Shown: positions 51,631 through 64,000 of the stretch, one piece after another
How positions within the stretch are numbered: position 1 is the first letter of the stretch
How the letters are laid out: each line of letters opens with the position of its first letter
Assembly: GCA_965112155.1 (NCBI GenBank)
Contig: OZ218104.1
Source of the DNA: Podarcis liolepis
Lineage: Eukaryota
Reading direction: 5' to 3' (one strand)
Length of the DNA: 64,000 nt
Notes under the pieces: model-generated
What the model saw: only the letters and a program-made list of their open reading frames with translations
The model's database searches: none
Told to the model about the DNA's origin: nothing
Made by a program: the position numbers and the translations under genes

Positions 51631-52199
51631 TTACTTTGAATGTCTCATTTCATATGCAAAGCAAGGGAGTCTGGGGGGAAAGAGGGTCCAATAGACCTTT
51701 GGACAGATAATGTCAACTTTCCATTGGGCCCCTTTTGCACGAGCATATACACATGACTTGATCTCATGTTGATAAAGTAACCGGGAGAAGAAGGTACAAA
51801 TGTACAGGAAACTGCATGGCTTGGCACCTATGACATTACCAAAATACATTCACTCTTATATGTAATTGTGTGTCCCAACGAAATCTGGTGAGCTAAGTCT
51901 TTAGGGGTAGTATTGGCTTGTTTTTGTTTTATTATATATTTTGTGTTCTCATTTTGTATTTTTATGTTGTGAACCGTCCTATGATCTTCGGATAAAGGAC
52001 GGTATACAAATTTAATAATCATCATAATAATAGATAATAAATGCATTCTTGCTCTGCTTGCTCTGGGACCTTTACTGTCAAACTGCCATTTGACTAAAAT
52101 AGCATGACATATAAACACGAGTGCATGCTACTACAGGCAAAAATGGCTCTACTATACCACTTTCCTCTAGCAGCATTGTGTGCAGTGATTGAGGTGAAG

Positions 52200-52345
52200 C
52201 CACCCTCCTCATTGGAGGTTTTTAAACAGAGGACTGTTGGCCATCTGTCTTGGATGCTTTAGTTGAGATTCCTGCATTGCAGGGGGTTGGACTAGATGAC
52301 CCTTGGGGGTCTCTTCCAACTCTATGATTCTATGATTTTATGAAT
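52200..52345 (+). mobile_element. CR1 LINE 3' end
   Basis: gggttggactagatgacccttgggggtctcttccaactctatgattctatgatt; CR1 octamer tail. Confidence 0.85.
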
Positions 52346-52890
52346 CTATCAGTCAAAGCTTTCAAATCACCTCTTCATGGCTGTGCCAGAGGAGGGATGC
52401 AGAAGCAGAAGAGCATGAGCTTCTAACTTATACAGGTGCATTTACTAGTGCCAACAGTTCAGTTTGTATGCTGAGAATCTTATTTTGGCAAGCAGCAGCA
52501 CTGTGGTGGCTGAAGGAATACTAAGTGAAAATGTGAAACAAATATTGATGCCAAAAATGGCTAACGGTTATGAGACAAAGATACAATGTTGAAGAAGTAT
52601 GCTCCTAGACAGTATGGCCTTTTGACAAGCCATGTTCTAGTCTCCACAGTTAAGAGGACTAGAGACCTCTTTGTATGATTCTCAGGGGTTGGGATAAAGG
52701 CAACCTTTTCCAGAATACAAATCTCTTACCAGAACATACATTTCATGCAAATTAGTGTATGAGTAGCACAAAAGATGAAGAATCATATGCATTTTAAATG
52801 AACTTAGGAGTGTTCAGGAAGAGCAGAGGAAAGGCTTCTGAGAGCATTATAAGCTTCTCTACATGGATCAGTGCTCTATTTTCTACTTAC

Positions 52891-53025
52891 CCTTTATCTC
52901 TTTGGTGAATTTTACCCGGTGAGAATCAGTCAGAGGTCGTGGCTGTTCGTCAATGTTGTGAATATCGAGAACCTCACACATAAACTGAATTACAGGTTGT
53001 GCTTTGTAGAAGGCAGTGGCAGAAA
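52891..53025 (-). CDS. AGO3: Argonaute-3 exon 6 (135 nt)
   Basis: (V)[44 protein letters not shown]. Confidence 0.97.
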
Positions 53026-54524
53026 CTAAGAGCAGAAAATAGAGCAGTTAAAAAAGTAGAAGTTTTCCAAAGCTTAAAAAGCAAATGAAATGGCTTCTTT
53101 CTGAAGACTAAAATAAAACATTGGTACACAATAATTAGTTCTGTGTATACATTTGAAGAAGAAATAATTAAAATCATCACTATGCTTTGGGACAACAAAG
53201 TGCCATGTAGTACATTTTCTAATTAAAATTATTATCTCATGAATTTAGAGCAAGTTTCCCCAAACTTCTCAGTTTACTGATCCTTTCCACCCTGCAAATT
53301 CTTAGGAAAGTAAATGAAATAAAGTTTAAAAATATCAATATTTAATCAACATTTATTAATCATCAATCACCAATAACAGGAATCATCAAATGTAAAAATA
53401 TATATTAATACAGAGGTTTCTCAATGGCAAGGAAGGTACACTTTGTACATGCCCACATAAATAAAAACAAAAACTAGGGGTGCAATATTAACCACTTTGG
53501 GAAACACTGATTTAGGGGGTTCATACTGAAAACGAGTAATAATTAATCTTATGTAGGGCAATAAACTCATGACTACCAAAGTGAGCAAAACAGTAGAAAG
53601 TAACTCATAGTAAGTTACACAAATAATTATGCACATTTACTCCTATATCACTCTGTCAAATTTCAACCAGCCTAAGTTCTCCTTCTACCCACGAAGAAAT
53701 AGAACACCCGGCATCCATATTTTCATTCTTGCACAAAACGTTAAACTTGCAAGTTAGACTGAAGCCTGAAGTTTTTCCCAAACTAATAAGATCTCCAAAG
53801 CAAGTCCAAAAAAATGCCATTAATCTAGTTTCGGGGGAGGGGAAATAGCAGGCACTCAAATTCACATATAAGGGCACAATTCTATACAACAACCATTTAA
53901 AAAATGCTGAAAGGCACTGGGCTGTAAACAGCAATATATTAGCAAGAAGAAGTTAACAATAGACGAAATATCATTATAATTACAAAGCTTACAAACAACC
54001 ATATGGCGCAAAACAAATGACTATTGTATTGAAGAATGCTCAAAGCAGCTGAGAGGAGACAGGTTTGCAGATAAGGTCCTGTTTCAATGATCTTCGTAAG
54101 ATCATGACACCTCAATAAAGTTTCAAGGTCCTGAATGAGTTTTCACAACTGGGAGGACTTCAGGAATGTTTAGCGCTTCAAATAAATTACTCAATTGCAA
54201 TATGATAATACAACTGCAAGCGTCCAAAATTATTTTTTTCTTCCATATTTTAAACATGATGTCACTGCAAAACATCACTCAAAAAGCATTTAGGGGTATT
54301 TGAGACTTTGCTGGATTATAAAGGCTTACTTAACTTAGGGATGAATTTGTTGCCACCTTTGCCATGCTGTGTGTGCGTGAATGCAAGGCAATACGTTTCA
54401 AATGCTTTCCATACAGCAGAATTACTAGACTGTGAAACAGTTAACGAGGCGTTTTTGAGGTTCCCAGGCCTCAAGTGCACCAAACAGAATGTCCCCATAC
54501 AAATATAACAAAACATTCTTCAGA

Positions 54525-54668
54525 CATGCGTCACCACCAGCAGCCCGCCAACTTCACATGACGCATGCTAGCCGACGCCTACAGATGCTGATTAACTGAA
54601 TGAACACAAATAGCTTGTGTGCATCCCCCCAAAAACCTCAACCTGCTGCAGCTTGTCACCATGGTAAC
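54525..54668. promoter_or_regulatory. Intronic motif cluster (RFX X-box plus two CRE-like sites)
   Basis: GTCACCATGGTAAC at 54655-54668, TGACGCA at 54559-54565, TGCGTCA at 54527-54533; local CpG retention. Confidence 0.5.
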
Positions 54669-55409
54669 CAAACTTGCTACACCAATTAGAAAACATTTTA
54701 TAAGTACTTAGTCCTGGATGGGCAACAATTAAGAAGTTTCAGTGGACCAGGTTTCCTCTTCAAACCACATTACAGAATGAAGTTATCCTGCGCTAACAGT
54801 TTTACTCCTCAAATACAACATTCACACAGGCATTTTAACCTAAATATGAATTAGTATGTTGCTTACAACTTTTAAACCTTGTCTATTCTAGCCATAAGAT
54901 TAAAAGCAAAGCACCTTCATGTCAGAAACTGGGAGGGGGGCATTCTTCAGAACTGCAAGTATTACAAATAATTTCAGTGTTAAGACGCCTTCCCCCATCA
55001 AATCATACCAAAGTCAGTGACCTGTTAGTAACTAACCAACTCAAGTTCTGTCAATGTGATTTTGCTTATGCACCTATCACTGCCTGATGAAAGGCATGGC
55101 TTTTATTAGTAATGCCTGCTTTCCCATCTACCTTGTTACTCTATTTAGCAGACAATATTTCTATCATATGCTCTTGGATTCTTGGGCTTAAGTGTTTCTA
55201 TAATTCAAAACATTATGAAGGAAAATATTTGCAGCACACTTTACACCATCTACAAAGGAGAAAAGCTGGCAGGAACAATATATAGAACAAGACAATTTGC
55301 ATGTTAACTATTTTGATTAGTTATCAAATTTTACAGCGATATATGTATACTATTTCATACTCCGATACAACAGCCGTTTGTAGAGACAACATACTTCTCC
55401 ATGCTCTCA

Positions 55410-55601
<192 letters not shown>

Positions 55602-55743
55602 TTAGATGGTGGGTGCATAGCCAATCTAGGAATGAATCTTTTAAATGTTCCAAGAGTTGCAATTCCATAAGTGGCAGAAGTTATTATGAAAATAAACAGT
55701 CTTGCAAGGTCCTGCTTTTGAAACAGTAACATATATTTACATA

Positions 55744-55854
55744 GTCAAAATAAGAAAAATTCCTTCCAGTAGCACCTTAAAGACCAACTAAGTTAGTTCT
55801 TGGTATGAGCTTTCGTGTGCATGCACACTTCTTCAGATACACAGATATATTCAG
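55744..55854 (-). mobile_element. Short Penelope-type element
   Basis: Near-identical to 43363-43461 in the opposite orientation; 13-bp TSD ATATATTTACATA (55731-55743 and 55855-55867). Confidence 0.75.
55803..55840 (-). ncRNA. Minimal type I hammerhead ribozyme motif
   Basis: GUAU-CUGAAGA-A-GUGUGC-AU-GCACAC-GAAA-GC-UC/AUAC: both core boxes, stem II, stem I (GUAU/AUAC) and a palindromic AGCU in place of stem III. Confidence 0.65.
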
Positions 55855-58590
55855 ATATATTTACATATTTATCTTGGGTCTGAAATTGCAATAGGTAGGG
55901 AAGTGGGATTAAAGGTCAGAGTGTGGAGACTATTTTTTTACAGCATCTATTCCACACTTTTCATGTGAAAGGGTTGGATAGACACTTCCCTGTCAACCTC
56001 ATTTGGGGTTAAAAACGGGAGTCTCATGCTTCAAGCTTGATCCAGGATATTACTGGGCCCGCTGAAATCATAGGAATGATTTGCTGAAGCTGGAAGGCAA
56101 CAAAATATGTTGGTAAATGAGGGACTCTCCAACTTCCCAAGCTGGATTCAAAATACAATGACAAGGAGGATAACCTAGGACATTTGGAGCAGCTTTAATG
56201 TGTTGCCTTCTCAATTACTTAGGAGTAGATATGCTTCTGTTACTCTTTCCTCAAAATTTTGTCCTTTTAATTACAGTACCAGAAGGTGGGACCAACAGAA
56301 GTTGTTCTTTTGTTTTGCAATTTTTACGCAGGAGCTCTTCAATAAATAATTAACCCTTTATTGACTAAACTACCAGGTAGTCAGCCCAATTTTGTGTTAA
56401 ATATTTGCTGGGAGATCCCTCTAAAATCCACAACCAGCAAGGGGTAGCTTTAACACATGGCTTTATTTGGTTTTATGACTTGAAGTTTGCATATTTGTTA
56501 TATTTGGGGTTCCTCGGTGAAAAATAGAATAAAAATTAAGAGTATACAAAAGTTATTTGACTTCATCTTTTTTCCCCTCTGAGAATTCCATCAGAAAATA
56601 ATAGCAAAAACAAAAAGCATGTTTTGATTTTTTACGGCTAAGAAAGATTATAAATGGCCAAGGGCTGTTCTGATTATCATTTTATTTTATTTTAAACTTT
56701 CCATCCCTTTGATGAAAGTGCTGGTTGCAAAGTGAAACTAGCTTGTCTATGCTACTGTGAGAAAAGAATGGGCTCTGATAAGGAGACAGGCAAGTCAAGC
56801 TTTTAAGGCAGAGATTGTAAGATCTTAAGGTGGAGATTAAGTTGTTAATAAGACCAAGAACATTCAGTATGGTAAAACACTGTTGGACACCCCACTGACC
56901 ACTGGCATTGTGCAGCAATTATTGGATGAGCAACTAAAAGAGGTAAGAGCTGAGGTGGATAAGATGGTGAATGAAAATGGACATGGGGAAGATGAGGTTA
57001 AAAAAGACACAGAACCTTTGGAGAACAATATTGATAAAGTACTGTCACAACAGGAGAGTGGAATGGTAAAGGTGGAGACAGTAGATGATGAAATGGAGAG
57101 GACCTTCACACAGGTGCATAGAGAAGTAAAACAGTCAAGCAGTGGACTTATGAATGTTGGAAAAGTGGAATGAAACCATGGACTGAGAGATTGTTCTGAG
57201 TTGGCAGCTAGAGCTGAGAAAGGGTTCTGTGTACAATTTGGAATGAATTTAGAAGAAAAAGCTACCAAGCCTCTGGCAAATCTTCTGGGGGGGGGGGGAA
57301 GCAGAACTGCAAAGATCCCACCCCTAAATTAGGATGGAAAATCACAGCCATAGAAATGGGATCAGAAGATATAGAACTGGGTGTGAATTAATGAATATAC
57401 AATAAGGAAATAACTATGGATTACTGTTTCAATATATGACCACAGTGGAGAGAGTCCTGTGTGAATAAAGATGAAAAGTTCTTGTTCTTCAGCATTGGAA
57501 GTAAAGTTGTTGTGCTAAACTGAAGGAAGACTATTGTGGACATGTACTGATGATAATAATAATTGGAGAACCCCTTTTAGACTTTTTGTGTGGAAGGGAA
57601 AAATGAATGAACTTGAGAAGTCTGAAGACTGGGAAAATATTGCCTAGCAGAAAGAGGAACAACTGGATACTACCCTGGAGTGAATACTGTGAATATTTTG
57701 AATAATCCTTAAATGATATACCTGACAGATGGAGCCCTTTTTATTTCTATCTCTTTTATTATTTTTATCTTCCTGCTTCTTTTTCTTCTTTTTTTCCTTG
57801 CTTTGCTTTTGTTTCTGTTTTGCTTATTTTGGTGTCCTCTAATCTGGGTTACTAAGGGAATTGGACACACATGAAGGTGATGGATGGTTGATGAAGGGCC
57901 CTGTGTGAGAAGTGGGGAAGGAAAGATATCCCAAGGTGGGAAGCTGGGAGAAGAGAAGCTCCAAGGTAAGAGCTGGAAGGGTCCACCTCCTTCTGTGTGA
58001 GACAAGGATTAAAATTTTCCTTTGAGATAGGACTTAGTACTTCCTTTGCTCTTCCTTTCTTTTTCTTTTTCTATTTAGATTAGTTTTTTATTGTACTGTA
58101 TGATGAAAAGATTCAACAAAATTTAAAGAAAAAGTAAATAATAGCAGACTTCTGAAAGCATACATACACAGAAAGTTGCTATAAAACATACAAATGTGGT
58201 TCCACAGTAGTCTTAGTAGATTAGACAAGCAAAAAACTGTCATAGTGTGATTGGTATTCTTTTACTGCTCTGTTGTGGCCATTATCTTACTGCCTGCCAA
58301 TTGCCAACACGAGCAACTTATGTCCTTGATCACTTCTGAACGACCTCATTGTGAAAAGGCTTTCCAATTAACCATTGGTCTTCCAGAAGAATTATGTACA
58401 TGTCTAGAAGTAGCAATGTGCTCAGTGGACAAAACTGAGAAACCTTTACTCATATCACTAATGCAAAATGTGGATGAACCCTTTCTCTCCCTTACCCTGA
58501 AAAATGTGCATAGGAGTGTAAAGAGATCCATTCATAAAGATCAACTTTAAAAGGATAGATAATGTGTTCAGAGAATGACAGGGAACCTAC

Positions 58591-58799
58591 TTCATGGAGG
58601 GTAAGTGTCGTAGCACCACATCAACAGCATGAACAGGGTTAGTGCTGATTGGCTTGTCTAATTCCAGAGGTTCAGGCAAGGTTCGTCCTGTCAGAACCTC
58701 ATGCAGCAAGTGCCAGCTCACCCGGGAAACAAACTTTATTGACACCTTGAAGGGACGATCTTTACCACCTTCTCCAGGCAATGTTACATCCAAATCAAC
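58591..58799 (-). CDS. AGO3: Argonaute-3 exon 4 (209 nt)
   Basis: [69 protein letters not shown]; includes the AGO3-specific N-domain insertion. Confidence 0.97.
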
Positions 58800-59102
58800 C
58801 TGTTAAGGGAAAAAGCCATAGGAGAGGATACAGAGAAGAATAATCCTAAAGTAAGTAATTTAACTGCAAGTGTTACTCTTTTTCTTCCTCTGGCCAAACT
58901 GTACTGAAGGATTTAAACCTATTTTAGCAAATAGAAGACTGAAGAAATGCTAGGCATCTATGTGAATGACAATGAAATGGTATTCCAGATTAATTCAACA
59001 TACGGAAATGGGAAACCAGAAAATCAAGGCCTAATGTTAGTGCCTTTAATCCTTTTACCTCTCATCACCAGTGAAGTTAGAAAATCAAACACATCAGCAC
59101 GA

Positions 59103-59311
59103 CAGTGGTACCTCTGGTTATGAACGTTTCTGGTTATGAAAGCTTCAGGTAAGAGCTCCGCTAACCCGGAAGTAGCTGCTCCTGGTTGCGAACTTTGCCC
59201 CAGGATGCAGCAGGAGGCCCCATTAGTGAAAGTGCGGCTCAGGATAAGAACGGTTTCAGCTTAAGAACGGACCTCCGGAAGGAATTAAGTTCGTAACCAG
59301 AGGTACCACTG
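59103..59311. mobile_element. Tc1/mariner-pogo-type MITE
   Basis: TIR CAGTGGTACCTCTGGTTA / TAACCAGAGGTACCACTG; TA on the right. Confidence 0.85.
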
Positions 59312-60383
59312 TAATCAGATCCTGCATCAGATGCTTGACACAGCAGCTGTCATGGGAATCTCTAAATGTATCCAACCCAGTCTACTGTGGCAAGGGCAGG
59401 GGATCCTGTGGCACCCAGATATTTTTGGACTCCCAACTCCATCAGTCTCAGCAAGCATGGGCAATGGATAGAGATGAGTGTAGTTGGAGCCCAACATCTG
59501 GTGGGTCATTGGATCTCCAACACTGTCTTATGGCCAAACTAGACAATACATTAAGTGTGCGATTACATTTCATGTTAAAAACAACAATAACAAAAACCCA
59601 CAATGTTGGCAGAGAGATCAGGACCACCAAGGTTTAACCCTTTCCTCCCAAGCAACAGATTTAATAAAAGCTGAAACCATTTGCTTCAGAAAGGAAGCTG
59701 TAAGTGGCCACAACAGCAGCTACTGCTAATGTCCTTGAGGGAGAATTCTTTATTCAGACCACAGCATGGGAGGACGTGTTTAACCCCACCTTGCCGCAGT
59801 CACAAACCTGAACTTTTCCCTCCAGTATGGCTGCTCTTTTGTTGTGACATGTTATCACATATTTCAAATGCAATGTAGTTTGGCCCTCAGAGAACACAGT
59901 TCTGCCTGTTTCCCAGGATATGCCAGAGCTCACAGTGAAATTAAGAACTGCATCTAGTGGCTATGATGTTGCAGACTGGAGGTGCATGCACACTCAATGT
60001 ATCTCACCCACACCAGACTGACCATTTGTGTTGCAAGACTGTGTCCAGCGGAAATGTGTCCAACTAACTTGTAAACCTTGTCAATTTCATACACAAAAAC
60101 TCAACTATTTAGTCCTCAATCCCAACTAAAATAAACTCAACTGCATTTGTGCATACTCAACCCATTAATTTCCACTCCTCCCCTTCCCCCTCATCCTGTC
60201 TGTCATTTCTCCCATCGCCCAGATTTAGATTGTAAGGTCCTCCAAGACCTGCCATTCTTTGTAAAAATACCACACAAAGTGGTTGCAACGTACAGTAACA
60301 ATCAATAAAACCTTAACATTTTCAGAAAAGATTTCATTTATCTTACAAACAATTAGAACTTATGGAAGGACAAACTATCTTAC

Positions 60384-60504
60384 CCCAGTTGTTGCAACGG
60401 GGAGCGGATTGGCTGTATAAAGGCTTCTTTTACCATCATAAACAGGTCTGCGGTCCCCAAATATTGTCACTTTAAAATGCTGCACCATTGAATCTACCAC
60501 CTCC
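60384..60504 (-). CDS. AGO3: Argonaute-3 exon 3 (121 nt); most upstream AGO3 exon in the window
   Basis: [40 protein letters not shown]; acceptor cctag|, donor |gtaaga. Confidence 0.97.
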
Positions 60505-62039
60505 CTAGGGAAACAATATATATATAATTTTAAAACAGTATGGCACTAAGAGAGAAAGTAAGAAAAACACTACATTTCAGCCCATTTTAATATTTTCAGC
60601 ATTTAACCAAGTCATTACAGAGCAATTATCTAAAAGAAGCTTCATTGAATTACAATGTCAGAACAAAACAAAGTTTTAAGAGTGTGCATAAGATGGGAGA
60701 GAATGGTTATTGCTTCTTCCTCAGTGCCAAATAAAATTTTAATAAAAAGAACTCAAAATGACAGCTTGCTGCGTGTGTTTAACTGCTACAAGAGAAATGC
60801 TACGCCCCTGTACTTTCCAACACTCTTAATTTCCTTATGCAAAGCTGAGAACAATTCAGTTCTTTACATATTCTAGCGAACATTTCTTGTTACTGCAACT
60901 CCTCTGACTGGTGATGGCAACAATTACAACACAGTGACCTTGTGGCTGCATCTTATCCTGTTAAAAATCACTGTTGTCTTAGGCCACTGAAAACATAAGT
61001 CTTTGTAGAGAAATAATAAGTTACATTGAACTTTCTTCCCAAGTTTAATGCAATAACAGAAGAAAAAACTGCCCATCTCATTGCAAAGAAATTCCCAATC
61101 ACAGTGCAAAAAATCAAATGAAGTTTTTATGGATACTTGAACTGAGGGCAAAACGTTATTGATCTCCCCCCTCCCCTCTGCTTATTTTCCTATATAGCTT
61201 TATTACTGATCTTAGGAAAAACTACTCAATGAGATTTTTTGGCTGAGCAGAGTAAAAATAAAATATTATGATGAGTTATTTTCCAGCCTTAGGATTTTTT
61301 CACACATTATGTAGTCTTAGGTGGATACTTCAAGATTGTAAGGGTACACAACGTGGTACAGTGGGAATGTGTTTGAGAATGCACATATATCAGATTCATG
61401 AGTTTGGCTGTGGCTTCATGTTGAGTATATATTTGATGGCTTAAACAACAGTTTGTTTCTGTGTAGCGATTGACATGGCCCTACACATCATGGGGAATGC
61501 TTCTCAGTGGGAGTGAGGTTTTCAAAGGCGCATCTCTGCATTACCAGTACTGCCAATAAAGTTTTGTTTATTTATTTATGTTATTCCACTTATAGTAAAC
61601 TTTCCTCAAAGTATCTCAAGGCAATTTTTGTGTAGAAACATCAATGAAAACAATTCAGAACAATTCCATATATACAAACCATTTCAAATCCAATACAGAT
61701 ACAGACTGGCTTAGCCACTTAAAAGACTAGTGCATTTAAGAGGAAGGTCTGCAATAGATGCTGAAAAGACAATCGAATAGTGCATGTCTGATAAGTAATG
61801 GAAGCTCCAAAGGTAGGTGCCACCATGCTAAAGGCCTAATTCCTATATCATATGAAACAAACCTCTTGCTGAAATTATATCTGCATGAGACAGATGATCT
61901 GCAAAGCACAGAATCAATTGGGTATATGAGGGTGAAACAGTCTCTGAGGTATCCTGGTCCCAGACTAAATAGGGCTTTGTGCACATAACAAACACCATGA
62001 ACTTAGCTTCACAGTTAATTGGCAGGCAATGCAACTGTT

Positions 62040-62290
62040 TGAGATCCAGCACAGAGGGCCTTCTGGCAGTTCCCTCATTGCGAGAAGTGAGGTTATAGGG
62101 AACCAGACAGAGGGCCTTCTCGGTAGTGGCGCCTTCCTTCAGATGTGAAGGAAATAAGCAGCTATCCTATCTTTAAAAGACATCTGAAGGCAGCCCTGTT
62201 CAGGGAAGTTTTTAATATTTAATGCTGTATTGTTTTTAACACTTGATTGGAAGCTGCCCAGAGTGGCTGGGGAAACTCAGCCAGATGAAT
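62040..62290 (+). mobile_element. Young L2-like LINE 3' end followed by (ATT)n
   Basis: Reverse-complement match to 50592-50856; (ATT)n at ~62297-62340. Confidence 0.75.
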
Positions 62291-62295
62291 AATAA

Positions 62296-62340
<45 letters not shown>

Positions 62341-62607
62341 TAGCAGTGGCATGACATGGTGGTGATTGTCTGCTCTGTGAGCAGTCAAGCTGCTGCATTT
62401 TGCACTAGTTGCAGCCAATCTCAAGGGCAGCTCCACCTAGAATGTATTGCCTCCCTTTTACAACAAACCACTTACCAACACATCAGGTAGGACCATCATG
62501 AAGCTGAGTGAAAAGGGAATTCAGAATACAAGGTGGGAAAACAATTTTATTGATATAGGACTTAAGCTGAAGTTTTGTTTCTTAAAGTTTTCCTTATTTA
62601 TACTATA

Positions 62608-62850
62608 CAGTGGACCCTCCGGATACGAACTTAATTCATCCCGGGGGTCCGTACTTACCCCGAAAAGTCCGTATCCAGAGGCACCACTTCTGCACAAACA
62701 CGCGGTGCGATAGAGCGCTTTTGTGCACGCGCAAAGAGTGCTTCTGCGCATGTGCGTGGGGCGAAACCCGGAAGTATACACTTCTGGGTTTGCCGTGTTC
62801 GTAACTCGAAATTATGTTACCTGAAGGTAATGTAACCCGAGGTACCACTG
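62608..62850. mobile_element. Tc1/mariner-pogo-type MITE
   Basis: TA-CAGTGGACCCTC...GAGGTACCACTG-TA. Confidence 0.85.
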
Positions 62851-63580
62851 TATATGGAGTTACTGTCTGTTTAAGTTACATACCTGACTGTATTTTACTA
62901 CTACAAACTGGAGAATTTTGCCTGAAAGTGGTATAAAAATGTAATTAAATACAGATTGAGCATCTCGTGGTATGGAAGTCTAGTGAAAACAAATGGTGTT
63001 GGTGGAGTATAGCCTTAATTTTCCTCCTCAAATCATCTGTCTCAATTGCACAATGACTGTGTTCAGACCTGCTCTTAGACAAGGAGTTGCACCTATGTGG
63101 CTTGTGGCACTTTCAGTAAAATAGTATTTGATGCTACCAAGAGCAAGATGCTACTGTAGCTCTGCCTCATTATCATTTCCTGAAGGCCAGGCAGACTCAG
63201 TTTGACATCCTTAGGAACACATATCAGGTGTGCACCAACAATATCCTCATTCCCTGTCTTAGCTCAGCTAAATCCTAGAGGCCTGGCTGCTAGACTGGTA
63301 AAAAATATTTTTGTCTCTTCTTTTCACAGATAAGCACAGTATATTAAGCAAGTAAAAGGGAAAACATGTCAAGGTGATCTCCATACTAATCCCAGCACCT
63401 CAGAGGCATCAAATTTTGGCCTCACTCCCCATCCCCCCCACACAACAAAGCAGTATGAAGCCCAGAGGTTCCACGATGAAGTACTCTTGTGGCCCACTTG
63501 GTGTGAAAAGTTGGATGACCCTGCTCTAGAATAAGCATGTATCAGAGGACTAGGTGCACAGCAATGGAACACAATACTTC

Positions 63581-63641
<61 letters not shown>

Positions 63642-63697
63642 TTTATTTATATCCCGCCCTCCCCAGCCGAAGCCGGGCTCAGAGCGGCTAACAACAG
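63581..63697 (-). repeat. (AAT)n microsatellite attached to a retroposon 3' end
   Basis: About 20 AAT units followed by tttatatcccgccctccccagccgaagccgggctcagagcggctaac. Confidence 0.75.
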
Positions 63698-64000
63698 TAA
63701 AATGATACATCATTCTAAAATAATTTCATTATAAACTATGATTTCTCACTGCACATTAGCTAACCCGAAGGTCAAAGTAGATATCTTGAATATACTTGAA
63801 TAGTAGCATCCAGCAACATTATGGGGTCATAGCAAACAAAAATTTAAATGCAAAATAAAGTTATTCTGAGAACTTGGGAGCCATCCACCACCACACTGTA
63901 CAAACACTAGGTGATGAAACTTCTCAGCAGGTATGAAATCATTCAGTTCTAAAAGCATGAGTTCACACCAACTGCATATTGCAGAATCTACTAAAGCTAG

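Overview
Vertebrate genomic DNA, very probably from a squamate reptile; Sauria-SINE, Squam3-like SINE, BovB-like and L2 repeats suggest a lacertid lizard (inference). Three intron-containing genes lie in tandem on the minus strand, in the order known from human 1p34: AGO3 (coding exons 3-19 at 60504-34238; exons 1-2 lie beyond the window; probable ~14 kb 3'UTR), TEKT2 (complete 1293-nt CDS, 430 aa, nine coding exons at 15074-5646) and ADPRS/ARH3 (exons 1-2, CpG-island promoter). All exon boundaries were read by hand, are GT-AG and keep the frame. The rest is intronic or intergenic DNA with SINEs, LINE 3' ends, hAT and Tc1/mariner-type MITEs and microsatellites. The best leads are: (1) a ~100-nt TSD-flanked Penelope-type element carrying a minimal type I hammerhead ribozyme, with an intact copy in sense orientation in AGO3 intron 4; (2) a candidate RFX/CRE-driven internal promoter and in-frame alternative first exon in AGO3 intron 5; (3) an inverted pair of young L2 copies bracketing AGO3 exons 3-7, a 690-nt frame-preserving block that could form a stop-free circRNA; (4) an RFX X-box cluster at the predicted TEKT2 promoter. 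No prokaryotic-type systems are present. Exon numbering follows the human orthologues from memory, and repeat family names are by-eye assignments without a database search.
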